From an uncultured Clostridium sp. (GTDB taxonomy: Bacteria > Bacillota > Clostridia > Lachnospirales > Lachnospiraceae): DNA of 64,000 bases. The notes under the pieces were generated by a model. It was not told where the DNA came from. It worked only from the letters and a program-made list of their open reading frames with translations, and did not search any database. The DNA lies in NCBI GenBank assembly GCA_947644195.1, contig CANRZB010000007.1, positions 7,107 to 71,106 of the forward strand, read 5' to 3'. The position numbers were made by a program, and so were the translations under genes. Shown piece after piece: positions 18,407 through 27,567 of the stretch (position 1 is its first letter; each line of letters begins with the position of its first letter).

Positions 18407-19714
18407 ATGGAGAAAATCATGAAACCAGACAGGAAATTAAAATTTGAAACATTACAGTTACACGCAGGTCAGGAGCAGCCAGATCCCGTTACGGATGCAA
18501 GGGCGGTGCCGATTTACCAGACATCTTCCTATGTGTTTCATGACAGCGCCCACGCAGAGGCACGGTTTAATCTGTCAGATGCGGGCAATATTTATGGCAG
18601 GCTGACTAATCCGACGCAGGATGTTTTTGAGCAGAGAATGGCAGTGTTAGAGGGTGGCGTAGCAGCTCTTGCCGTGGCTTCGGGTGCTGCTGCCATTGCT
18701 TATACATTGCAAAACCTGGCACAGATGGGGGATCATATCGTATCTGCCAGTAATATCTACGGAGGGACCTATAATTATCTGGCGCATACATTTCCACAGT
18801 CCGGTGTGGAGACGACTTTTGTCGATCCGGCTGATTTTGATGCAGTTCGTGGAGCCATTCGGGAAAATACCAAAGCGCTGTTTATTGAGACATTGGGGAA
18901 TCCCAATTCGGATGTGGTCGATATTAAACAAATGGCAGAGATCGCACATGAGCATCGGATTCCGTTGATCGTGGATAATACCTTTGCTACGCCGTTTTTG
19001 GTGCGTCCGATTGAATATGGCGCAGATTTGGTCGTTCATTCCGCTACCAAATTTATTGGCGGTCATGGTACGACGATCGGTGGAGTGATTATTGACAGTG
19101 GGAAATTTGATTGGGAAGCATCGGGAAAATTTCCGTCGCTTACCGAACCTAATCCAAGCTACCATGGGATCAGTTTCACGAAAGCGGTGGGACCGGCAGC
19201 GTTTGTTACCAAGATTCGTGCCATTTTGCTGCGGGATACGGGCGCAACCCTGTCGCCGTTCCATGCATTTTTCTTTCTACAGGGATTGGAATCTCTATCT
19301 TTGCGTGTCGAGCGTCATGTGGAAAATGCATTACAGGTGGTGCAATTTTTGCAGAACCACCCGCAGGTAGAAGCGGTGCATCATCCATCCGTTTCGAAAG
19401 ATCCGGTACAGCAGAATCTTTATCAGAAATATTTTCCACAGGGGGGAGGTTCGATCTTTACTTTTGAAATACGGGGTGGAGACCGTACCGCCAGAGATTT
19501 TATAGATCATCTGGAAATTTTCTCCCTGTTGGCTAATGTCGCTGACGCCAAATCTCTGGTCATTCATCCGGCGAGTACGACACATTCCCAGATGACAGAA
19601 GAGGAGCTGGAACGTGTCGGGATTTATCAGAATACCATTCGACTGTCCATCGGTACGGAACATATTGATGATATTATTCAGGATTTAGAGGAAGCATTCC
19701 AGGCAGTACGGTAG
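18407..19714 (+). CDS. metY: O-acetylhomoserine aminocarboxypropyltransferase / sulfhydrylase
   Basis: PIYQTSSY, YGRLTNPT, VHSATKFIGGHG (PLP lysine), LANVADAKSLVIHPASTTH. Confidence 0.93.
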   Translation: MEKIMKPDRKLKFETLQLHAGQEQPDPVTDARAVPIYQTSSYVFHDSAHAEARFNLSDAGNIYGRLTNPTQDVFEQRMAVLEGGVAALAVASGAAAIAYTLQNLAQMGDHIVSASNIYGGTYNYLAHTFPQSGVETTFVDPADFDAVRGAIRENTKALFIETLGNPNSDVVDIKQMAEIAHEHRIPLIVDNTFATPFLVRPIEYGADLVVHSATKFIGGHGTTIGGVIIDSGKFDWEASGKFPSLTEPNPSYHGISFTKAVGPAAFVTKIRAILLRDTGATLSPFHAFFFLQGLESLSLRVERHVENALQVVQFLQNHPQVEAVHHPSVSKDPVQQNLYQKYFPQGGGSIFTFEIRGGDRTARDFIDHLEIFSLLANVADAKSLVIHPASTTHSQMTEEELERVGIYQNTIRLSIGTEHIDDIIQDLEEAFQAVR

Positions 19715-19719
19715 GGTCG

Positions 19720-19748
19720 TTGACATATTTTTGACAATCATTTACAAT
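19720..19748 (+). promoter_or_regulatory. Sigma-A promoter of the licC-licA-like gene
   Basis: TTGACA-N17-TACAAT. Confidence 0.7.
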
Positions 19749-19791
19749 AAACACGGTTTGTATCGAAAACAGCAGGATAAGCAAAACAGAA

Positions 19792-21387
19792 ATGGAGAGG
19801 GATATGAAAAAAAATGTGACCGCAGTAATTTTAGCCGCTGGTAAATCAAATCGATTTGCGCCGTTTACCTATGAGAAACCCAAGGGACTGCTCCGGGTGC
19901 GCGGTGAGATCCTGATTGAAAGACAGATTGAGCAACTTCAGGAGGCCGGAATTGAAAAGATTTATGTGGTTGTCGGTTTTATGAAGGAAAAGTACTTTTA
20001 TCTGGAGGGGAAATATGACAGTGTGGAGCTGGTCGTAAATAACTCTTTTGATAAGAAAGGAAACTTATTGTCGGTCTATGCTGCCCGGGAATATTTTGGC
20101 AATACGTATCTGTGTTGTGCAGATCAGTATTTTACGGTCAATCCATTTATGGAAGAACCGGAGTATTCCTATCGTGCCTGCGTGTTCCAGGATGGCAGTT
20201 TTCAGGAATTCCAGGTTGCATTAAGTAATGAAAATATTATCACGGGATTTCAGGTGGGTGGTCATGATTCCTATTGTATGGTAGGACATGCCTATTTTAC
20301 AGAGAGTTTTTCCAGAAAATTCCTGGATCTGGTGGAAGTGGAGAAAGAGGAGTTCGGTGTTGCGAATTTGTTCTGGGAGGAATTTTATGCGAAACATCAG
20401 CAGGATTTAACGCTCCATGCCAAAATAATGGAGAATGGTAAGGTCATGGAATTCGATTCAGTCGAAGAGCTGCGGAGCTTTGACCAGGATTTCCTTAATA
20501 ATATTGATTCAGGAATTGTCAATAATATCTGTCAGATCTTGAAATGTGAGCCGAATGAGATTAAAAAGATCGAGGTCATTCAAAAGGGGTTGACAAATGT
20601 GTCCTTTGCGTTCTGGGTCAAAGATACACAGTATATCTACCGTCATCCAGGTGGAAATTCCGGCCATCTGGTAGACCGTGATGCAGAAGTATATGCGCAG
20701 TACCGGGCGAAAGAATTGGGTCTGGATAAATCGGTTATCTATATTGACCCAACAGGATGGAAGATCTCATATTTTGTAGATCATTTGGTTGAGTGCTCTT
20801 TTGATAAATATCCTGATCAGCTCAAAAAGGGAATGGAGTATTTGAGGATTCTTCATTCAGCGGATTTCAAGACGGTTAAGAATTTTGATACTTACGAAGA
20901 GGCACTCCGCCTGATAGAAGTTGCATCTGCCTCTAAAGGGGATCTGAAAACAGAATTTGGCGATCTGATAGAAAAAGTGGGAAGACTGGATAAATATGTA
21001 AAAGAAGATGGATTCCCAAGAGTATTGTGCCATAATGATATCTATGAACCTAATTTCCTGGTTACAGAAGAAGGGGATATGTATCTGATTGATTGGGAAT
21101 ATACTGGCGTAAATGATCCGGCAAGTGATATCTGTGGAATATTAAGCCGTTATCATTATACAGATGAGGAGATTGAGAATTATTTACGGGCGTATTTTGA
21201 CAGAGAGCTGACAGAAAAGGAGCATAGGCATTATATTGCCAGTATTGCTGTATGTGCATTATACTGGCTTTCCTGGGGCTTGTATAAAGGCAGCGTGAAT
21301 GATGATGACGGTTTCTTTATGTTGCCGGCGTACCATAACTGTCTCCGTTTTATTGATCAGGCGTTGGAATCCTATGAATCCAAATAA
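19792..21387 (+). CDS. NTP-transferase (LicC-like) fused to a choline/ethanolamine kinase (LicA-like)
   Basis: N-terminal ILAAGKSNRF...KPKGLL. C-terminal GLTNVSF, LCHNDIYEPN and LIDWEY kinase motifs. Confidence 0.85.
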   Translation: MERDMKKNVTAVILAAGKSNRFAPFTYEKPKGLLRVRGEILIERQIEQLQEAGIEKIYVVVGFMKEKYFYLEGKYDSVELVVNNSFDKKGNLLSVYAAREYFGNTYLCCADQYFTVNPFMEEPEYSYRACVFQDGSFQEFQVALSNENIITGFQVGGHDSYCMVGHAYFTESFSRKFLDLVEVEKEEFGVANLFWEEFYAKHQQDLTLHAKIMENGKVMEFDSVEELRSFDQDFLNNIDSGIVNNICQILKCEPNEIKKIEVIQKGLTNVSFAFWVKDTQYIYRHPGGNSGHLVDRDAEVYAQYRAKELGLDKSVIYIDPTGWKISYFVDHLVECSFDKYPDQLKKGMEYLRILHSADFKTVKNFDTYEEALRLIEVASASKGDLKTEFGDLIEKVGRLDKYVKEDGFPRVLCHNDIYEPNFLVTEEGDMYLIDWEYTGVNDPASDICGILSRYHYTDEEIENYLRAYFDRELTEKEHRHYIASIAVCALYWLSWGLYKGSVNDDDGFFMLPAYHNCLRFIDQALESYESK

Positions 21388-21457
21388 GCGGTATATGGTA
21401 TCAGTGTTTGCCGTAGAAAGTCTGTCTGATGGACAGAAAATAATGAAAGCGTAAATA

Positions 21458-21496
21458 TTTATGCCATCGTTCCATTCTGTAAGACGATGGCATAAA
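21458..21496. terminator. Inverted repeat, possible terminator
   Basis: 13-bp perfect stem TTTATGCCATCGT / ACGATGGCATAAA downstream of the licCA-like gene. Confidence 0.5.
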
Positions 21497-21601
21497 CTTT
21501 GAAATTATGGAATGTACCAGGGTGTAAAATAGAAGAGTATTATTGCACCAACGGCACATAGATCTTGTAATGGTAGGAAAGACAGGAAGGAGGCTCACAG
21601 C

Positions 21602-22333
21602 ATGAGCACGAACAAGAATGTGGGGATAATTTTGGCGGGAGGTGTCGGCTCCCGTGTGGGTGCAGACTGCCCGAAGCAGTTTATAGAGATCCAGGGAAAA
21701 CCGATTCTGGTCTATACCATCGAAAAGTTTCAGAACCATTCGCAGATTGATGCTATTGAGGTTGTCTGTGTGGCTTCTCATATAGAATATATGAAGGAAC
21801 TGGTAGAACGATATCAGTTGACCAAAGTAAAATGGATTGTGGAGGGAGGCGTTGATTTTCAACATTCCGTGATTCAGGGAATCAATCATTTGAAAGGAAT
21901 TCTGGATGAGAATGACCAAGTATTGATTCATTATGGCGCTTCTCCCTTTGTATCGGAAGAGATTTTGACGGATGCAGTAAAAGTATGTGCGGAAAAGGGA
22001 AACTGTACTTCTGCCACTCCAATGTATTTGCTGGTAGGGAAGCGGGATGAGGGTGGTGTGTCCTCCAGCGAATGGTTAGACCGGGATGAGATTATGCAAC
22101 TCAATGCACCGCAGACATTTCGGTTTTCCTATGTCGTACAGCTCTATGAGGAAGCCATAGAAAAAGGATATCTGGATCAGGTGGAACCACATACGACTTC
22201 TCTGATGTTCAAGATGGGCAGGACGATCTATTTTTCGAAGGGGGATCAGACGAATATCAAGATCACGACCAAAGAGGATCTGGATCTGTTTGAGGGATAT
22301 GTGTTACTACAGGAGCAGAGGAAAAGTGTGTAA
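21602..22333 (+). CDS. IspD/TarI family sugar-alcohol-phosphate cytidylyltransferase
   Basis: ILAGGVGSRV...PKQF, KPIL, NAPQTF, NIKITTKEDL. Confidence 0.85.
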   Translation: MSTNKNVGIILAGGVGSRVGADCPKQFIEIQGKPILVYTIEKFQNHSQIDAIEVVCVASHIEYMKELVERYQLTKVKWIVEGGVDFQHSVIQGINHLKGILDENDQVLIHYGASPFVSEEILTDAVKVCAEKGNCTSATPMYLLVGKRDEGGVSSSEWLDRDEIMQLNAPQTFRFSYVVQLYEEAIEKGYLDQVEPHTTSLMFKMGRTIYFSKGDQTNIKITTKEDLDLFEGYVLLQEQRKSV

Positions 22334-22334
22334 A

Positions 22335-23384
22335 ATGAAATCTATTTTGGATTATGAGACGGTTTCCTATGAGGAAGAAAAAAATGCGCTGGTTATTATT
22401 GATCAGACGAAGCTACCGGGAGAAATTGAATTGATTTCGCTGACGACAGCACAGGAAATTTGGGATGCCATTTATCTGCTCAAGGTAAGAGGTGCGCCCG
22501 CGATTGGCGTTGCAGCGGCGATCGGATTCCTGGTGCTGGCACGTCAGATGGAAACGGATAACATGCAGGAATTTATTGGATTTCTGGAAGAGAAACGGGC
22601 ATTTTTGAATTCTGCCCGTCCCACGGCGGTCAACCTCTCTTGGGCTTTAGACCGTATGATGCAGGTGTGTTATGATCATTTGGAGGATTCTGTGCAGAAT
22701 TTGAAAAGGCGCCTGATGCGGGAGGCTATGGAAATTCGCCAGGAGGATATTGAGGTATGCCGTCGGATCGGGGAATATGGTTTGGCATTGCTTCAACCAG
22801 GGGATGGGATTCTGACACACTGTAACGCCGGCCAATTGGCAACCTGTAAGTATGGGACGGCGACAGCGCCCATTTATTTGGGACAGGAACGGGGCTATCA
22901 GTTCCGCGTATATGCGGATGAGACCAGACCGTTGTTGCAGGGTGCTAGATTGACTGCTTTTGAATTATATTCTGCAGGCGTGGATGTGACGCTGCTGTGC
23001 GATAACATGTCTGCCAGTTTGATGCAGCAGGGTTTGGTACAGGCGGTGCTGGTGGGATGCGACCGCGTGGCAGCGAATGGAGATACGGCTAATAAGATCG
23101 GAACGGCGGTGGTGGCGGCAGTGGCAAAGCAATATCAGGTGCCTGTGTATGTTTGTGCCCCGACTTCAACGATTGATTTTGATACCCCGACCGGAGCTGA
23201 GATTGTCATTGAGCAGAGGAAGCCGGAGGAAGTGTCCCATATGTGGTACACAGCTCCTATGACGGCAGAGGGGGTAAAGATTTACAATCCCGCTTTTGAC
23301 GTGACAAATCACGATTTGATTACCGGATTTATTACGGAACAGGGGGTAGTCAAACGTCCGGAGGAGTTATTGCGGAAAAAATAA
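22335..23384 (+). CDS. mtnA: S-methyl-5-thioribose-1-phosphate isomerase
   Basis: VRGAPAIG, ARPTAVNL, LTHCNAG, DETRPLLQGARLT, ANKIGT. Start corrected to 22335. Confidence 0.93.
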   Translation: MKSILDYETVSYEEEKNALVIIDQTKLPGEIELISLTTAQEIWDAIYLLKVRGAPAIGVAAAIGFLVLARQMETDNMQEFIGFLEEKRAFLNSARPTAVNLSWALDRMMQVCYDHLEDSVQNLKRRLMREAMEIRQEDIEVCRRIGEYGLALLQPGDGILTHCNAGQLATCKYGTATAPIYLGQERGYQFRVYADETRPLLQGARLTAFELYSAGVDVTLLCDNMSASLMQQGLVQAVLVGCDRVAANGDTANKIGTAVVAAVAKQYQVPVYVCAPTSTIDFDTPTGAEIVIEQRKPEEVSHMWYTAPMTAEGVKIYNPAFDVTNHDLITGFITEQGVVKRPEELLRKK

Positions 23385-23490
23385 ATAGAGAAAAACGGAA
23401 GCATATAAATGACTGGGATAGAAAAGAGGCGGCTATTCAGGATGCCTTGTGGATCTATCAGAAAGAATCGAATGTTTGGAAGGTTGGGGA

Positions 23491-24240
23491 ATGGAAGAGC
23501 AATTTTGCAGGACAGAATTATTGCTGGGCAGTCGGGCGATGGAACGGCTGGCGCAGTCCCGTGTTGCTGTATTTGGCATTGGCGGGGTAGGCGGCTATGT
23601 GGTAGAAGCCCTAGCGCGCAGTGGGATAGGCGCAATAGATTTGATTGACCATGACCAGGTCTCTCTCTCTAATCTTAACCGGCAGATCATTGCGACCAGG
23701 GAAACGGTGGGAAAGAATAAAGTAGAAATCATGCGGGAGCGGATTTTGGCGATTCATCCAGACTGTAAAGTGACGGTGCATCCGTGTTTTTATTTGCCGG
23801 AGACGGCAGAACGGTTTCAGTTTTCAAATTATTCCTATGTTGTGGATGCGATTGATACAGTAACAGGTAAGATTCAGTTAATTTTGCAGGCACAAGAAGC
23901 AGGTGTTCCTGTCATTAGCTGTATGGGAACGGGAAATAAATTAAATCCTGCGGAATTTATGGTCGCTGATCTCTATGAAACAACAATCTGTCCTTTAGCT
24001 AAGGTTATGAGAAAGGAATTAAAGAAGCGGGGAGTGGAACAACTGAAAGTCGTGTATTCCCGTGAGAAACCAATTGCTGTCAAACAGTCAAAGGAGATTT
24101 TGGCAAATCATAGCCAGAAGCCGGAAGATTCTGCTGGAAGGCGGAAGGCGGTTCCGGGATCGGTTTCTTTTGTACCGCCAGTGGCAGGATTTATTTTGGC
24201 GTCGGAGGTCATTAAAGATTTGATTGCAGATTTACAGTAA
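23491..24240 (+). CDS. tcdA: tRNA threonylcarbamoyladenosine dehydratase (ThiF family)
   Basis: GIGGVGG, SNLNRQ, VVDAID, CPLAKVMRK, VVYSRE, GSVSFVP. Confidence 0.9.
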   Translation: MEEQFCRTELLLGSRAMERLAQSRVAVFGIGGVGGYVVEALARSGIGAIDLIDHDQVSLSNLNRQIIATRETVGKNKVEIMRERILAIHPDCKVTVHPCFYLPETAERFQFSNYSYVVDAIDTVTGKIQLILQAQEAGVPVISCMGTGNKLNPAEFMVADLYETTICPLAKVMRKELKKRGVEQLKVVYSREKPIAVKQSKEILANHSQKPEDSAGRRKAVPGSVSFVPPVAGFILASEVIKDLIADLQ

Positions 24241-24264
24241 AGTTTTTGGCTGTATAGACGATAT
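24238..24264 (+). promoter_or_regulatory. Possible sigma-28 (FliA/SigD) promoter
   Basis: TAAA-N15-GACGATAT, versus consensus TAAA-N15/16-GCCGATAT. Confidence 0.4.
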
Positions 24265-24398
24265 AATAACAGAATGGAATGATCTGGTACGGATATTGTC
24301 AGGACCGAGAAATGAGTTTGGACGAGACCAGTATCAAGTAAACGGAATACATAGCTACGGAGAGCGCACGAATCCATGGAGGGAAATGGACCGTGTGC

Positions 24399-24442
24399 TT
24401 TTTTATCGAATAGGAGATTCCTCCGATTCAATAAAAATACTC
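24399..24442. repeat. Degenerate copy of the palindromic repeat at 15797-15837
   Basis: TTTTATCGAATAGGAGATTCCTCCGATTCAATAAAAATACTC aligns with TATCGAATAGGAAATTCCTCCTATTCGATAAAAAACACTC. Confidence 0.6.
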
Positions 24443-24499
24443 TGTGAGAAAGGGTTAATCAGTTTTTATAAAAAATCTATGTAGACAAGGAGGAGAACA

Positions 24500-25453
24500 A
24501 TGGCAGTAGGGATAGTTCAAGCCAGACCTGTGGATCGAGATAGTGCGTATGCAGGTGAGCAATCTGCACCGAAGATATCCTATCTGGATTATTATGATGC
24601 AGCATGTATGGCAAAAGAAAAGAAGAAAGAGGAGGAATCCGACGATGATTTCCCCAAAGAAAGGAAGGGGAACCGTTCCCAACCATCTGTGAAGGGAATG
24701 GCAGATTCATGGAAGACGAAACAGTCCCGTGGTGAGACTGTGGCATCAGAGGATGTAAAACCACAACATTCTATGACATATCGGGAGATGTTGGCAAGTA
24801 AAATCAATCAAATCCTGGAAAAAATAGAAGCTGGAGCTATAAAGCCGTCTTTTCCAATTGGGGCTGCTTATTTTACCTTAAAGGAATGGGAGCTGTTTCT
24901 TGAGGCTTTTGATAAAATTCAGGAGGAAATGAAAAAAGAGGCTGGTCAGGAAGTGCCGCCGGAGGATACTACGGTCTCTGGCAAGGAGAAATTTGGAATC
25001 GAGAAAGAACTGGCATCGGAACCGGAGGATCCTCTGTTGCGGTTACTTTCCGAACATACGGTCAGTAGCTATCCGTCGGAGCGAGAAGAGGAGGAGGAAC
25101 TGGAATATGTTACTTATTATTCGAAAGAGGGGATCTACTGTAAGAAGACGGATTCGACTGGCCTTACATGGGATATCCCATTGACAGAGGAATCCCAATA
25201 TGAGCGGGTAATAGAATTTTTAAATCATTTTCCCAGAGGTGAAAATCTCCGGTTCAGTTGTCATAAAAACTTCTGGCAGGATTTCCTGGATGGTTCGTTA
25301 GACCAGGAGGGATTTCTGGACTTTATGGACCATCGAGTGCACAATGGAGTTCCTAACTATCTGGATGAAAATGAGAATGGAATGTGGGTAAATAAAGAGG
25401 CATTGAAATACGCTAAATATATGAATCAACCCGGACTGTTTCCATTATTTTAA
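24500..25453 (+). CDS. Hypothetical acidic soluble protein
   Basis: Strong AAGGAGG RBS, 317-aa ORF, no family recognised with certainty. Confidence 0.75.
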   Translation: MAVGIVQARPVDRDSAYAGEQSAPKISYLDYYDAACMAKEKKKEEESDDDFPKERKGNRSQPSVKGMADSWKTKQSRGETVASEDVKPQHSMTYREMLASKINQILEKIEAGAIKPSFPIGAAYFTLKEWELFLEAFDKIQEEMKKEAGQEVPPEDTTVSGKEKFGIEKELASEPEDPLLRLLSEHTVSSYPSEREEEEELEYVTYYSKEGIYCKKTDSTGLTWDIPLTEESQYERVIEFLNHFPRGENLRFSCHKNFWQDFLDGSLDQEGFLDFMDHRVHNGVPNYLDENENGMWVNKEALKYAKYMNQPGLFPLF

Positions 25454-25770
25454 CCATTTTTCTGTTGATATTCGGTTCCCCATGCTACCATGGCGTCTAA
25501 TATTGGTTTTAGGCTATATCCGGTTTCGGTTAGAGTATATTCGACCCGTGGTGGCACTTCTGGATAGACTGTTCGGGTAAGTAGGCCGCTATGTTCCATG
25601 GAACGTAAATTTGCCGTCAAGACTTTTTGTGATACCGCTCCAATGGACTTTTTTATTTCTCCAAATCGTTTCGTACCGTCTAATAATTCTCGGATAATCA
25701 ATACCTTCCATCGGTCGCTGATCAGCATTAACGTTGTTTCCACCGGACAAGCTGGTAAATTTTTTTCCAT
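25450..25770 (-). CDS. HxlR family winged-helix regulator
   Basis: CPVETTLMLISDRWKVLII, RFGEI, SQKVLTANLR, YPEVPPRVEYTLT. Start corrected to 25770. Confidence 0.93.
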   Translation of the reverse strand: MEKNLPACPVETTLMLISDRWKVLIIRELLDGTKRFGEIKKSIGAVSQKVLTANLRSMEHSGLLTRTVYPEVPPRVEYTLTETGYSLKPILDAMVAWGTEYQQKNG

Positions 25771-25806
25771 AAGAAACCCCCATTTCTTCCTAATAGTTCC
25801 CTTTTG

Positions 25807-25837
25807 GTAACTATAGCACAAAAAAGTGCTTACTTTA
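25807..25837. promoter_or_regulatory. Candidate HxlR operator in the divergent promoter region
   Basis: Palindrome GTAA-CTA-TAGCAC-AAAAAA-GTGCTA-CT-TTAC. Confidence 0.5.
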
Positions 25838-25922
25838 CGTTTTCTCTGTACGGATTTATTATAATCTTGCAAGCGGAAAAAAACAAGCCGCAAATAAAGA
25901 GAGAAAGAAGGAGGAACACATT

Positions 25923-26714
25923 ATGAACAAAAGTACATTTCAAACAGTAAAACTCACGAAAGGGGAAATGAATATCTACGATTTTGGCAGTGTAAAACTG
26001 CACGCCTATAAGACGAATGATTTTATAGATGACGAGGTGTTCATCGTGGAGAAAAATGGTAAGGCGGTTGTCGTGGAATCTCCGTGCTTCTTTGACAACA
26101 ACAAGGAACTAACCGAATACCTTGAAAATGTTGAGGTCATGGGAATGTTCGTTGCTTATCACGGTGCGGGAGCTACTTTTCTTCCTAAAGTTCCGAAGTA
26201 TGCCACACAGAACGCCGCACTCTATTCCCAAAAGGGAGGAGGCAAGGCTCTGATTAATAACTTTACCGGTACATTTGGTGAGAGCTTTGATTCTTCTGTT
26301 CACGAAATTACCAATGTGATTGAGCCAGGTAAGATAACGATTGGGGATATTGACTTTGTCATCAAGCAGACAGACGACGCTTTTGATGTAGAAATCCCCG
26401 AAATCAATGCAATTTACACCCATATGATGGGGCATGACTGCCATTCTATCGTTGCAGGGGCAGGCCATGCCGATGCCATGATTGCTGAGCTTCGTGGCTA
26501 CATTGAAAAAGGTTATGATCTGATTCTTACCTCTCATTATACCCCGGAGGATTTGAAAGATGCTCAGACAAAAATTGACTACCTGGAAAATCTTAAAAAA
26601 ATTGCCGCAGGTGTTCAAAACGCAGACGAATTCAAAGCGGAAGTAGGGAAGCAGTATCCACAATATCGTGGTCAAAATTATCTGGATATGACGGCGGGAT
26701 TCTTCTTTGCTTGA
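25923..26714 (+). CDS. Hypothetical protein, probable degenerate metallo-beta-lactamase fold
   Basis: Beta-rich N-terminus, AYHGAG, HMMGHDCH and YDLILTSH resemble MBL motifs, but there is no HxHxDH. GGAGG RBS. Confidence 0.55.
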   Translation: MNKSTFQTVKLTKGEMNIYDFGSVKLHAYKTNDFIDDEVFIVEKNGKAVVVESPCFFDNNKELTEYLENVEVMGMFVAYHGAGATFLPKVPKYATQNAALYSQKGGGKALINNFTGTFGESFDSSVHEITNVIEPGKITIGDIDFVIKQTDDAFDVEIPEINAIYTHMMGHDCHSIVAGAGHADAMIAELRGYIEKGYDLILTSHYTPEDLKDAQTKIDYLENLKKIAAGVQNADEFKAEVGKQYPQYRGQNYLDMTAGFFFA

Positions 26715-26793
26715 TCAAGTATTCTGAAATGGTCTGGATTTCGATGGAATGAATATTTGTCCGCAAAAAGCAGTGATTGGAATGGAGTAGGAG

Positions 26794-27567
26794 ATGACAC
26801 AGAAAGAAAAAAGAATTTATTTAATTAAGTCTCTTTTGGGGGAGCAGTCCCGGTATGCAGATATGCCTATTCCGGCAGAGGAACAGGAGCAGAAAAAGTT
26901 ACTTCGTTCACTGTTCAATATTCGTCGGCCAAATTCTATATCAGAGACATTTTTACAAATACAAGATGAGTATTTGCAGGAAGAAACAATACAAAAAGGT
27001 GTGATTTCCTTAGAGGATCTTTCCTCTGTACAACCGGGAATTTACCTTTGGCAGGGCGATATTACCCGTTTGGCTGTAGACGCAATCGTAAATGCGGCTA
27101 ACAGTGCTATGTTAGGCTGCTTCGTTCCCTGCCATGGGTGTATCGACAATGCGATTCATTCTGCTGCAGGGGTGGAACTCCGTCTGGAATGTTCCCGGAT
27201 CATGGAACAGCAGAAAACCGAAGAACCTACGGGAAAAGCAAAAATTACCAAAGCATATAATCTTCCCTGCCGTTATGTAATCCACACGGTTGGTCCAATC
27301 ATCTACGGGGAAGTAACGGAAAAAGATGGTAGCCTGCTGGCGGACTGTTATCGTTCCTGTCTGGAACGGGCGGCAGCTTATCAGTTAAAAAGTATTGCCT
27401 TTTGCTGTATTTCTACGGGGGAGTTTCATTTTCCCCCGGAACAAGCCGCCCAGATAGCAATTCAAACGGTACAGGACTATCAAAAGAAGCATCAAAATAG
27501 TCTGGAGGTGGTTTTTAATGTTTTCAAAGACAGTGATTACGAAATCTACAAACAACTCCTGGGATAA
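26794..27567 (+). CDS. Zinc-type macrodomain ADP-ribosylhydrolase (SirTM partner)
   Basis: WQGDITRL, IVNAANS, GCFVPCHGCIDNAIHSAAG (Zn-loop), VIHTVGP, CCISTGEFHFP. Confidence 0.9.
   Translation: MTQKEKRIYLIKSLLGEQSRYADMPIPAEEQEQKKLLRSLFNIRRPNSISETFLQIQDEYLQEETIQKGVISLEDLSSVQPGIYLWQGDITRLAVDAIVNAANSAMLGCFVPCHGCIDNAIHSAAGVELRLECSRIMEQQKTEEPTGKAKITKAYNLPCRYVIHTVGPIIYGEVTEKDGSLLADCYRSCLERAAAYQLKSIAFCCISTGEFHFPPEQAAQIAIQTVQDYQKKHQNSLEVVFNVFKDSDYEIYKQLLG

Noticed and set aside
18647-19264. Long antisense and alternate-frame ORFs in the track (also 30479-31099, 35889-36380, 40589-41047, 43537-44025 and others)
   Set aside because: They are shadows of well-supported genes on the other strand or frame, with no RBS or recognisable motifs.
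24224-24484. 86-aa ORF between tcdA and the hypothetical gene
   Set aside because: No RBS, it overlaps a promoter-like motif and a repeat copy, and its composition is not protein-like.
27500-27567. Frameshift fusion of the macrodomain and SirTM in their 50-bp overlap
   Set aside because: SirTM is in the +1 frame and has its own GGAGGTG RBS; no canonical slippery heptamer was seen.
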